A stretch of DNA of 64,000 bases. Source: Gammaproteobacteria bacterium. GTDB lineage: Bacteria > Pseudomonadota > Gammaproteobacteria > Burkholderiales > Thiobacillaceae. The notes beneath the pieces were generated by a model. The model was given only the letters and a program-made list of their open reading frames with translations. It ran no database searches and was not told the DNA's origin. Both the position numbers and the translations under genes were made by a program. The stretch is taken from assembly GCA_018820765.1 (NCBI GenBank), contig JAHJNN010000010.1:14183-78182 (forward strand), written 5' to 3'. The number at the start of each line of letters is the position of its first letter. Positions within the stretch are counted from its first letter, which is position 1. Shown one piece after another: positions 48,399-57,455 of the stretch.

Positions 48399-49901
48399 TT
48401 AACTTTCCCGCCTCATCTGCGGGAACAGGATGACGTCGCGGATGCTCGGCGAGTCGGTCAGCAGCATCACCAGGCGGTCGATGCCGATACCGCAGCCGCC
48501 GGTGGGCGGCAGGCCATGCTCCAGCGCGCGGATGAAGTCGGCGTCGTAGTGCATCGCTTCCTCGTCGCCTGCTTCCTTCTGCCGCACCTGCTCCATGAAG
48601 CGCTCGGCCTGGTCCTCGGCATCATTGAGCTCCGAAAAACCATTCGCCATTTCGCGTCCGGTGATGAAGAGCTCGAAGCGTTCGGTGATGTCGGGCTGAG
48701 TGTCGGAACGGCGGGCCAGCGGCGAGACTTCGGCCGGGTAGTCGATGATGAAGGTAGGCTGGACCAGTAGCGCCTCGGTGGTTTCCTCGAAGAAACTCAA
48801 TTGCAGGCCGCCGATGCCGTCCTGCGGCTTGTACTTGGCCTTCATCGCGGTGAACTGTGCGATCAGCCAGTCGCGGTCGTTCAGCTGTTCGACCGTGTAG
48901 TGGGGATTGTATTTACGAATCGCCTCGACGATGGTGAGGCGGTCGAACGGCTTGCCGAGTTCGATTTCGTTGCCCTGATAGGTGACCGTGGTCGAACCGG
49001 TGGCGGCGACCGCGGTGTGGCGGATCAGCGCCTCGGTGTAGTCCATCAGATAGCCGTATTCGCGGTAGGCCTCGTAGAACTCCATCATGGTGAACTCGGG
49101 GTTGTGTCGCGTCGACAGGCCTTCGTTGCGGAAGTTGCGGTTGATCTCGAACACCTTCTCGAAGCCGCCGACCACCAGCCGCTTGAGATACAGCTCGGGC
49201 GCGATGCGCAGGAACAGCTCCATGTCGAGCGCGTTGTGATGCGTGGCAAAAGGCTTCGCCGCCGCGCCGCCGGGGATGGGGTGCATCATCGGCGTTTCGA
49301 CTTCGAGGAAGCCGTGCCCGGTCATGAACTCGCGGATCGCCTGGATGATCTTCGAGCGGCGCATGAAGGTTTCGCGTGCCGTGTCGTTGGTGATGAGGTC
49401 GAGGTAGCGCTGGCGGTATTTCTGCTCCTGGTCGGCGAGACCGTGGAATTTTTCCGGCAGCGGCCGCAGCGCCTTCGACAGCAGGCGGATCGATTTGGCC
49501 TGGATGGTCAGCTCGCCCTTGTTGGTCTTGAACAGGGTACCGGTGACGCCGAGAAAGTCGCCCAGATCCCAGTGCTTGAACGCGTCGTGCGACTCGGTCC
49601 CGGTGAGGTCGTTCGACACATACACCTGGATGCGCCCGCTCATGTCCTGCAGGGTGGCGAAGCTGGCCTTGCCCATCACCCGTTTCAGCATCATGCGGCC
49701 GGCGAGCTGGACCTGGACGGCTTCGGCTTCCAGCGCTTCTTTGCTCTTGTCGCCGTGCTCGGCCGCGAGCTTGCCGGCGTAATCGTGGCGCTCGAAGTCG
49801 TTGGGGAAGGCGACGCCCGTCTCGCGGATCGCGGCGAGCTTGGCGCGGCGCTCGGCGATGATCTGGTTTTCGTCTTGTAGGGGTTGCTGCTGCTCGTTCA
49901 T
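48399..49901 (-). CDS. lysS: Lysyl-tRNA synthetase (class II)
   Basis: [22 protein letters not shown]..., FRNEG, and [12 protein letters not shown] near the C-terminus. The start is set at the ATG at 49901. Confidence 0.95.
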   Translation of the reverse strand: MNEQQQPLQDENQIIAERRAKLAAIRETGVAFPNDFERHDYAGKLAAEHGDKSKEALEAEAVQVQLAGRMMLKRVMGKASFATLQDMSGRIQVYVSNDLTGTESHDAFKHWDLGDFLGVTGTLFKTNKGELTIQAKSIRLLSKALRPLPEKFHGLADQEQKYRQRYLDLITNDTARETFMRRSKIIQAIREFMTGHGFLEVETPMMHPIPGGAAAKPFATHHNALDMELFLRIAPELYLKRLVVGGFEKVFEINRNFRNEGLSTRHNPEFTMMEFYEAYREYGYLMDYTEALIRHTAVAATGSTTVTYQGNEIELGKPFDRLTIVEAIRKYNPHYTVEQLNDRDWLIAQFTAMKAKYKPQDGIGGLQLSFFEETTEALLVQPTFIIDYPAEVSPLARRSDTQPDITERFELFITGREMANGFSELNDAEDQAERFMEQVRQKEAGDEEAMHYDADFIRALEHGLPPTGGCGIGIDRLVMLLTDSPSIRDVILFPQMRRES

Positions 49902-49908
49902 GGTGGAT

Positions 49909-50337
49909 TCAGTAAAAAGTAAAAACGGGGATACCGAGCGCACGGGCGGCCTCGGCTTGATTCTTGTCGGCGGTGGCGAAGCAGGCCGCGCCGTAGTGCC
50001 GGGCATAGGCCAGATGCAGGGCGTCCAGCGCGCGCAGCGGCAGTTCGGGAATCAGGTCGATCAACTGACGTGCTTCGCTGAACAGACTGGACGCATCATG
50101 CTGGATGCTCCACCGCGCCTGCACATCACGGTCGAATTCGGCAAGCACCGCGCGCTCCAGCGGCGAGTCGATTTGCCCGGCGCGACGCCGCCGCGCCAGC
50201 AGACAGCGAAATTCCACCAGAGTGAGTGGGCTGGTGGCCACGTTGTCCTGGGCGTCGGCCCAATCGAGCACATCCAGCGAACGAGGTTCGCGGACATAGC
50301 ATTTGGCCAACGCACTGGTGTCGATGTATGCGCTCAA
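49909..50337 (-). CDS. vapC: PIN-domain toxin VapC (TTG start overlapping the antitoxin stop)
   Basis: (L)[13 protein letters not shown]...LTLVEFRC...[12 protein letters not shown] carries the PIN acidic residues. TTGA start/stop overlap with the upstream gene. Confidence 0.75.
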   Translation of the reverse strand: MSAYIDTSALAKCYVREPRSLDVLDWADAQDNVATSPLTLVEFRCLLARRRRAGQIDSPLERAVLAEFDRDVQARWSIQHDASSLFSEARQLIDLIPELPLRALDALHLAYARHYGAACFATADKNQAEAARALGIPVFTFY

Positions 50338-50567
50338 GCGCGATCCTCGCGCTCTTCCGCCAGAATGTCTTCGCTGGGAACGGTTTGCATGGGCTGGCTT
50401 TCCAGAAACGCCCGCAGCGAGCGGAAAGGCTTTTTGCGCGGTTCCACGGGCAGAATCCGCGCCACCGGCTCGCCTCGGCACACCACCAGCACTTCGTCGC
50501 TGTCGGCGAACATCTGGTCGGGGTGCGACAGGCCTTCGCGGGCTTCGCGGATGGTCAGGGTTTTCAT
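50334..50567 (-). CDS. Phd/YefM-like antitoxin
   Basis: MKTLTIREAREGLSHPDQMF...EVLVVCRGEPVARILP. GGAGG RBS. Confidence 0.65.
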   Translation of the reverse strand: MKTLTIREAREGLSHPDQMFADSDEVLVVCRGEPVARILPVEPRKKPFRSLRAFLESQPMQTVPSEDILAEEREDRA

Positions 50568-50672
50568 GGGGCAGCCTCCAAGGGGGCAAAACGTGACACA
50601 ATTATAGCCGATGTGACACCATGATTTTCCAGCCGGAAAATCAGAATCCAACCAGCGCCCGCCACCGTTTCC

Positions 50673-52457
50673 ATGTCCGATACTCCCTTAAGCCTGCTCA
50701 ACCGCGTATTCGGCTACCCCGCGTTCCGCGGCGAACAGGCGGCCATCGTCGACACCCTCGTGGCGGGCGACGACGCGCTGGTGCTGATGCCGACCGGCGG
50801 CGGCAAATCGCTGTGTTTCCAGATTCCGGCGCTGCTGCGCGAGGGTTGCGCGGTGGTGGTGTCGCCGCTGATCGCGCTGATGCAGGACCAGGTCGCGGCG
50901 CTGCAGGAGCTCGGCATTGCAGCGGCGTTTCTGAACTCCAGCCTCGACGGCGCGGCGGCGATGCAGGTCGAGCGCGACTTCGTTTCCGGGCAGCTCAAGC
51001 TCTTGTACGTCGCCCCGGAACGCCTGCTCACGCCGCGTTTCCAGAGTCTGCTCGAACAGGCGCACGTCGCTCTTTTTGCCATCGACGAGGCGCACTGCGT
51101 GTCGCAATGGGGGCACGACTTCCGCCCGGAATACCTCGGCCTGTCGGCCCTGCACGAGCGTTTTCCCGAGGTGCCGCGCATCGCGCTCACCGCCACCGCC
51201 GACACTGCGACGCGCGCCGAAATCCTCACCCGGCTCGACCTCGGTGCCGCACGCGTCTTCGTCGCCAGCTTCGACCGCCCCAACATCCGCTACCGCATCA
51301 GCGAAAAGACAGAACCGCGCCGCCAGTTGCTCGATTTCCTGCGCGAGCATGCGGGCGAGGCCGGCATCGTGTATTGCAGCACGCGCAAGAAAGTGGAGGA
51401 AACCGCCGACGCGCTCAAGCAGGCCGGCTTCACCGCCTTGCCCTACCACGGCGGCATGGACAACGACACGCGCCGCCGCCATCAGGAAAAATTCCTGCGC
51501 GAGGACGGCGTCGTCATGGTCGCGACGCTCGCTTTCGGCATGGGCATCGACAAGCCCGACGTGCGCTTCGTCGCTCATCTCGACCTGCCGCGCTCGGTCG
51601 AAGGCTACTACCAGGAAACCGGCCGTGCCGGCCGCGACGGCGAACCTGCCGAAGCGTGGATGGCGTGGGGCCTGCAGGACGTCGTCACGCAGCGCCGCTT
51701 CATCGACGAGGGCGAGGCCGAGGACTCGCACAAGCGTATCGGCCACGCCAAGCTCGACGCCTTGGTCGGCCTGTGCGAAGCCGCCAGCTGCCGCCGCGTC
51801 GCGCTGCTCTCTTACTTCGGCGAAGCCAGCCAGGCTTGCGGCAACTGCGACGTGTGCCTGAATCCGCCCACGCTGTGGGACGGCACCGAGGCCGCGCAAA
51901 AGCTGCTCTCCGCCGTCTACCGCACCGGCCAGCGCTTCGGCGCCGGCCACGTCATCGACGTGCTGCTCGGCAAGGCCACCGAGAAAATCGACCGCTTCGG
52001 ACACAACCAGTTGAGCGTGTTCGGCATCGGCGCCAGCCAGACCGACAAGGTCTGGCGCGCCGTGCTGCGCCAGCTCGTCGTGCGTGGATTACTGGAAGTC
52101 GATCACACCGCCTACGGCGCATTGAAGCTTACCGTCGCCGCAAAGCCGGTGCTGAAGGGCGAGGAAACCGTCATGCTGCGCGCCATCGAAGCGCGTGCCG
52201 CACGCAGCAAGAAAACGCGCCTCGCGGTCGACCACAACGACGAGGATCCGCTGTTCCTGTCCCTGCGCGCCTGGCGCCGCGAAACCGCCAACGAGAAGGG
52301 CGTGCCCGCCTATGTCATCTTGCACGACGCCACCCTGCGCGAGATCGCCGCGCGCCGCCCCGCCACGCTGGCGGAGCTGGGCGAGATCTCGGGGCTGGGA
52401 ACGAAGAAGCTGGAAGCCTACGGCGAGGCGGTGCTGGCGGTGGTGGCGGAGGGCTGA
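50673..52457 (+). CDS. recQ: ATP-dependent DNA helicase RecQ
   Basis: 594 aa: MPTGGGKSLC, IDEAHCVSQWGHDFRPEY, Zn-binding CRR...CGNCDVC, HRDC C-terminus. Confidence 0.95.
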   Translation: MSDTPLSLLNRVFGYPAFRGEQAAIVDTLVAGDDALVLMPTGGGKSLCFQIPALLREGCAVVVSPLIALMQDQVAALQELGIAAAFLNSSLDGAAAMQVERDFVSGQLKLLYVAPERLLTPRFQSLLEQAHVALFAIDEAHCVSQWGHDFRPEYLGLSALHERFPEVPRIALTATADTATRAEILTRLDLGAARVFVASFDRPNIRYRISEKTEPRRQLLDFLREHAGEAGIVYCSTRKKVEETADALKQAGFTALPYHGGMDNDTRRRHQEKFLREDGVVMVATLAFGMGIDKPDVRFVAHLDLPRSVEGYYQETGRAGRDGEPAEAWMAWGLQDVVTQRRFIDEGEAEDSHKRIGHAKLDALVGLCEAASCRRVALLSYFGEASQACGNCDVCLNPPTLWDGTEAAQKLLSAVYRTGQRFGAGHVIDVLLGKATEKIDRFGHNQLSVFGIGASQTDKVWRAVLRQLVVRGLLEVDHTAYGALKLTVAAKPVLKGEETVMLRAIEARAARSKKTRLAVDHNDEDPLFLSLRAWRRETANEKGVPAYVILHDATLREIAARRPATLAELGEISGLGTKKLEAYGEAVLAVVAEG

Positions 52458-52576
52458 GCCAGAAGATCTGTCATTGCGAGCGAAGCGCGGCAATCCAGTG
52501 CATTGACTGATTGGTGATTTGCTTCAACGGCGAAGATTTGGAAAAGCCGATATCGCCGCGCCAATTTCTCTCTGCC

Positions 52577-52876
52577 TTATGGAAAATACCGGTCGATATC
52601 GAGCGCGCCATGAAACACGCCAAGAATGTCCACGGATTCGTTATCTTGCCGATACAAATAGGCAATGCGGTAATGACCGTACAACAGGATGCGTATCTCA
52701 CCCTTTTCAACCTGCTGGTAGCGATAGCCCACATCCGGAAAACTGAGCAATACCTGAGCCTTCGCATAGATGCCTTCCACCACGCGGGTGGCGGCCTGCG
52801 GATTGTCGGCGGCGATGTAGTCGAAGAAGTCCCGAAGCCACGTCTGGGCTTCGTGCGTCCACTTCAGTTCGACCAG
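52577..52876 (-). CDS. parE: RelE/ParE-family toxin lacking a canonical start codon (possibly decaying)
   Basis: Frame reads (L)VELKWTHEAQTWLRDFFDYIAADNPQAATRVVEGIYAKAQVLLSFPDVGY...ILGVFHGALD. Only CTG codons are available at the N-terminus. Confidence 0.55.
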   Translation of the reverse strand: MVELKWTHEAQTWLRDFFDYIAADNPQAATRVVEGIYAKAQVLLSFPDVGYRYQQVEKGEIRILLYGHYRIAYLYRQDNESVDILGVFHGALDIDRYFP

Positions 52877-53048
52877 TCTTGATCCGGTGCAGCATCTCCT
52901 CGTTGTCGATCACCTGGCTTTTGCGTGCGTCTTCCAGCCCGCGCTGCACCATGCGATCAAACGCCAGTTCGCGAACGATCTCTTCGTAAGTGGCATCCTC
53001 GGGCTGCGACTGCACCAGGTTCTGGATCAATTCTTTAGCGGTGTTCAT
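52707..53048 (-). CDS. Antitoxin partnered with the ParE-like toxin; as sequenced it has no stop before the toxin gene and runs ~170 nt into it out of frame
   Basis: AGGAG RBS plus the ATG at 53048. MNTAKELIQNLVQSQPEDATYEEIVRELAFDRMVQRGLEDARKSQVIDNEEMLHRIKT, then non-homologous read-through. One extra T after ACT would give ...IKTWSN-stop overlapping the toxin N-terminus. Confidence 0.5.
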   Translation of the reverse strand: MNTAKELIQNLVQSQPEDATYEEIVRELAFDRMVQRGLEDARKSQVIDNEEMLHRIKTGRTEVDARSPDVASGLLRLHRRRQSAGRHPRGGRHLCEGSGIAQFSGCGLSLPAG

Positions 53049-53129
53049 GGTGTTGCTCCTGTAGGCAGGGTGTGCTTTCAACTATTGACGATGAACGCTT
53101 CATTGTAAATATCCTGCTGTGATGGCGGA

Positions 53130-53489
53130 TCAATGGGCGGGGCGACAGCCGAAGGTGCGGTAGGTATCCAGCAGCAAACGGCGCTCGGCTTCGCGCGGGT
53201 CGCGCGTGCCGGGTTTCGAACTGTCGAATCTACGCAGGTAGTCGCGCGGTGTGGCAGTGAGGCCGAGCTTGTAGCCGATGAAGTAATCGAACACGGCGCG
53301 TGCATTGCCGCCGATGGAGCGGTGGGCTTCGTCGGCAATTCCGGTGAGCTTGCGCCGTTCCACCGGGCGCAACACGTGGGTGTTGCCGACCTTCTCGATC
53401 TCGATTTTCTGACCGGCCTCGACGATGGCGATCTCTTTGGGGATGCGGACGGCCAGCGAGCGACCTATCTTGAAAGTACGCGTGAGCAT
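53130..53489 (-). pseudogene. Chimeric remnant: AbrB/VapB-type antitoxin N-terminus fused in frame to an internal SF2 helicase fragment (motifs II-III, restriction-enzyme R-subunit-like)
   Basis: MLTRTFKIGRSLAVRIPKEIAIV... (AbrB looped-hinge helix), then ...IADEAHRSIGGNARAVFDYFIGYKLGLTATPRDY (DEAH and TATP motifs) with no helicase N- or C-terminus. Confidence 0.6.
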
Positions 53490-53502
53490 TCGGACTACTT
53501 GC

Positions 53503-53730
53503 TCACATTGCGTAGCGCTGGCGGATACGCGCGAACACCGCTTCGCCGGGGACGGCATCCACGCGGCCGGCGCGCAATTCATCGAGCCGGCGCTGTGCCA
53601 CTTCCATCCACGCGGAATCGATCGCGCTTTCAGGTGCATTAAGGCTGCGCAATAACGTATCCACCACGCGAGCGCGTTCTTCCACGGGCAGCGAAGCTAC
53701 TTCGTCGATCAACTCAGTTGTTTTCATCAT
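53503..53730 (-). CDS. Putative addiction-module antitoxin (TIGR02574-like), orphan
   Basis: MMKTTELIDEVASLPVEERARVVDTLLRSL...AWMEVAQRRLDELRAG. No RelE/ParE partner follows it. Confidence 0.6.
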   Translation of the reverse strand: MMKTTELIDEVASLPVEERARVVDTLLRSLNAPESAIDSAWMEVAQRRLDELRAGRVDAVPGEAVFARIRQRYAM

Positions 53731-53794
53731 CGATTCCCTTCATGCGTGGCCAATCGAAGTTTGCGCCCGACATCAACCGCAGGAAACCAGCCGC

Positions 53795-54899
53795 TTACAC
53801 GCCCTGTTTCAGACTCGCCTCGATGAACATGTCGAGGTCGCCGTCGAGTACCTTCTGCGTGTTCGAGGCTTCGACGTTGGTGCGCAGGTCCTTGATGCGC
53901 GACTGGTCGAGCACGTAGCTGCGGATCTGGTGGCCCCAGCCGACGTCGGATTTTCCGGCTTCGAGCTTGTCCTGTTCGGCCTGGCGCTTGCGTAGTTCGG
54001 CTTCGTAGAGCCTGGACTTCAGCATCGACATCGCTTCGGCGCGGTTCTTGTGCTGCGAGCGGTCGTTCTGGCACTGCACCACGATGTTGGTGGGCAGGTG
54101 GGTGATGCGCACTGCGGAGTCGGTCTTGTTGATGTGCTGGCCGCCCGCTCCCGAAGCACGGTAGGTGTCGATCCTGAGATCAGCGGGGTTGATCTCCACC
54201 TCGATCGAATCGTCGACTTCGGGGTAGACGAAAACGCTGGCGAAACTGGTGTGGCGCCCGCCGGACGAGTCGAAGGGTGATTTTCTTACCAGGCGGTGGA
54301 CGCCGGTTTCGGTGCGCAGGGTGCCGTAGGCGTAGTCGCCCTCGATCTTGATGCTGGCGGACTTGATGCCGGCGACGTCGCCTTCGGATTCTTCCAGCAG
54401 CTCGGCCTTGAATCCCTTGCGCTCGGCGTATTTCAGGTACTGCCGCAGCAGCATCGAGGCCCAGTCGCAGGCCTCGGTGCCGCCGGCGCCGGCCTGGATG
54501 TCGATGAAGCAGTTGCTGGGGTCGGCCGGGTTATTGAACATGCGGCGGAATTCCAGCGTCGAGACGTCCTTCTCGGTGGTCTCGATGTCGGCCTGCACGG
54601 CGGCGAGCGTCTCGTCGTCGTTCTCCTCGCGTGCCATGTCGAATAGTTCGCCCGCATCCTTCAGGCCCGATGCCACGCGGTCGAGCACCAGCACCACGTC
54701 TTCCAGCGACTTGCGTTCGCGCCCGAGTTCCTGCGCGCGGGCGGCGTCGTTCCAGAAATCCGGCGCTTCGGCCAGGCGGCTGACTTCTTCCAGGCGGTCC
54801 TTTTTTACCGCGTAGTCAAAGAAACCCCCTGAGTTGGGTGGCACGCTCGCCGAGGTCGGCGAGTTTGGATTCGATCTGATTAAGGTTTTCGGCTTCCAT
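53795..54899 (-). CDS. prfB: Peptide chain release factor 2 (programmed +1 frameshift)
   Basis: ORF0 [27 protein letters not shown] ends at the in-frame TGA (54818-54816). ORF1 continues [12 protein letters not shown]... with SPF and GGQHVN-type (GGQHINK) motifs. Confidence 0.95.
54813..54830 (-). promoter_or_regulatory. prfB autoregulatory +1 frameshift site
   Basis: The minus strand reads AGGGGGTTTCTTTGAC: an SD-like AGGGGG followed by CTT TGA C. Confidence 0.9.
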
Positions 54900-54913
54900 G
54901 AGGGGGCGTGTGA

Positions 54914-56197
<1,284 letters not shown>

Positions 56198-56302
56198 TTG
56201 GAATTGTCTTGATGTGAATCTTGGGGAATTGTGCAGCCAGTCTGCTATGAAAAGCGGTCCGGGTTCAATTCGGCATCTTTCCCCCTCCCTTGCCGAGTGC
56301 CT

Positions 56303-57280
56303 TCATTCGGGCGTTTCGATGACTTCGGCCAGCGGCCGGCGCGGCGCAGCGGGCACCTCGCCCTCCGGATAGCCCAGCCGCAACAGCAGTTGCGTGAATC
56401 CAGGACGCCAGGTCAGCTGCTGCAGCCGGGGGCGCAGCGGCGCCACCTCGATCGGCTGGTTCAGGTAGGACGCCTGCAAGCCGTGCAAATGCGCCGTCAG
56501 CAGCAGCCGTTGCAGCGCCTGGCCGGCGGCGATCCAATCGACGAGGCCGTCGCCCGGGGTGCCGAGTATCGCCAGCACGGGGGAGGCATCGGCGAGCTGC
56601 CGGTCGCGTGCGCCGACCCCGTGCCCCATGTCGAAGGTGCGCACCACCGCCTGCGCCAGCGGTACCGCCAGCCCGGGCAGGGCAAGCCCGTCGCCGCGGT
56701 GGCGCGGGTGCATCCAGGCCGCCAGTTCGCGGCGCCAGGCTGGGTCATCCCACTGCATTTCATCGCCCTCGGCCACCAGTTCGGCTGCCCGGCGCCGCTG
56801 CGCATCGCCGGTGAGCGGATGCAGCCAGGCACCTTCGAGACGGGTCGCTTCGGCCAGCGTGTCCAGCACGCCGGCTGCGACCGGGCGGGCGGCGAAGGTT
56901 TTACGGTAGGTGCGGCGCGAGGCCACGGCTTCGAACAGCGCGGCCAGCGCCGCGCCGGATTCAAGGGCCGGCGCCAGCTCGACCGTGGCGAGGCAGTCCG
57001 GGTCGGCCAATCCGGCGGGGCGGTGCAGCGTGGCCGCAAGCCTCGCATGCGCCGCGGCGACGCGCAGGTTGAACAGCGCGCAGGCGCAGCTGATGGTCAG
57101 TTCGCGGTCGTCGGGGTCGTTCGCCGGCAGCGCCCGCGTGCGATCCGCAAGCAGGTCGATGCAGGGGCCCCGGACCCGGAAGATCCAGGGTTGCGTGTTG
57201 TGACTGGAGGGCGCCAGGACAGCGGCGCTGATCAGCTCCGACGCCATATCACGCGTCAAAGACCAGGGTGTCGGAACCAT
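56303..57280 (-). CDS. Acg-type tandem nitroreductase-fold (FMN-binding) protein
   Basis: ISAAVLAPSSHNTQPWIFRV, and ~325 aa length with two nitroreductase-like halves. Confidence 0.65.
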   Translation of the reverse strand: MVPTPWSLTRDMASELISAAVLAPSSHNTQPWIFRVRGPCIDLLADRTRALPANDPDDRELTISCACALFNLRVAAAHARLAATLHRPAGLADPDCLATVELAPALESGAALAALFEAVASRRTYRKTFAARPVAAGVLDTLAEATRLEGAWLHPLTGDAQRRRAAELVAEGDEMQWDDPAWRRELAAWMHPRHRGDGLALPGLAVPLAQAVVRTFDMGHGVGARDRQLADASPVLAILGTPGDGLVDWIAAGQALQRLLLTAHLHGLQASYLNQPIEVAPLRPRLQQLTWRPGFTQLLLRLGYPEGEVPAAPRRPLAEVIETPE

Positions 57281-57455
57281 TTGCGCTCTCCTCGGCTTTT
57301 GAGCCTCAATCCAGCATAGACGCCGCCGGCATGCCCACGGCAGCGGGAAAGGTGCAATTCCGGCCTGTTTGGGTTCAGAAATATGCGATCCTGTCGATTG
57401 GACTTAAATAGATATACTCATATAAAACAATACGAAGCCAGACATACCAAGCTGC

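Noticed and set aside
52470-52500. cattgcgagcgaagcgcggcaatcc motif just after recQ (translates as HCERSAAIQ), which I recall as a widely dispersed short repeat in some genomes.
   Set aside because: Only one copy was seen in this window, so I cannot verify copy number or family without a genome-wide search. It is not reported as a feature.
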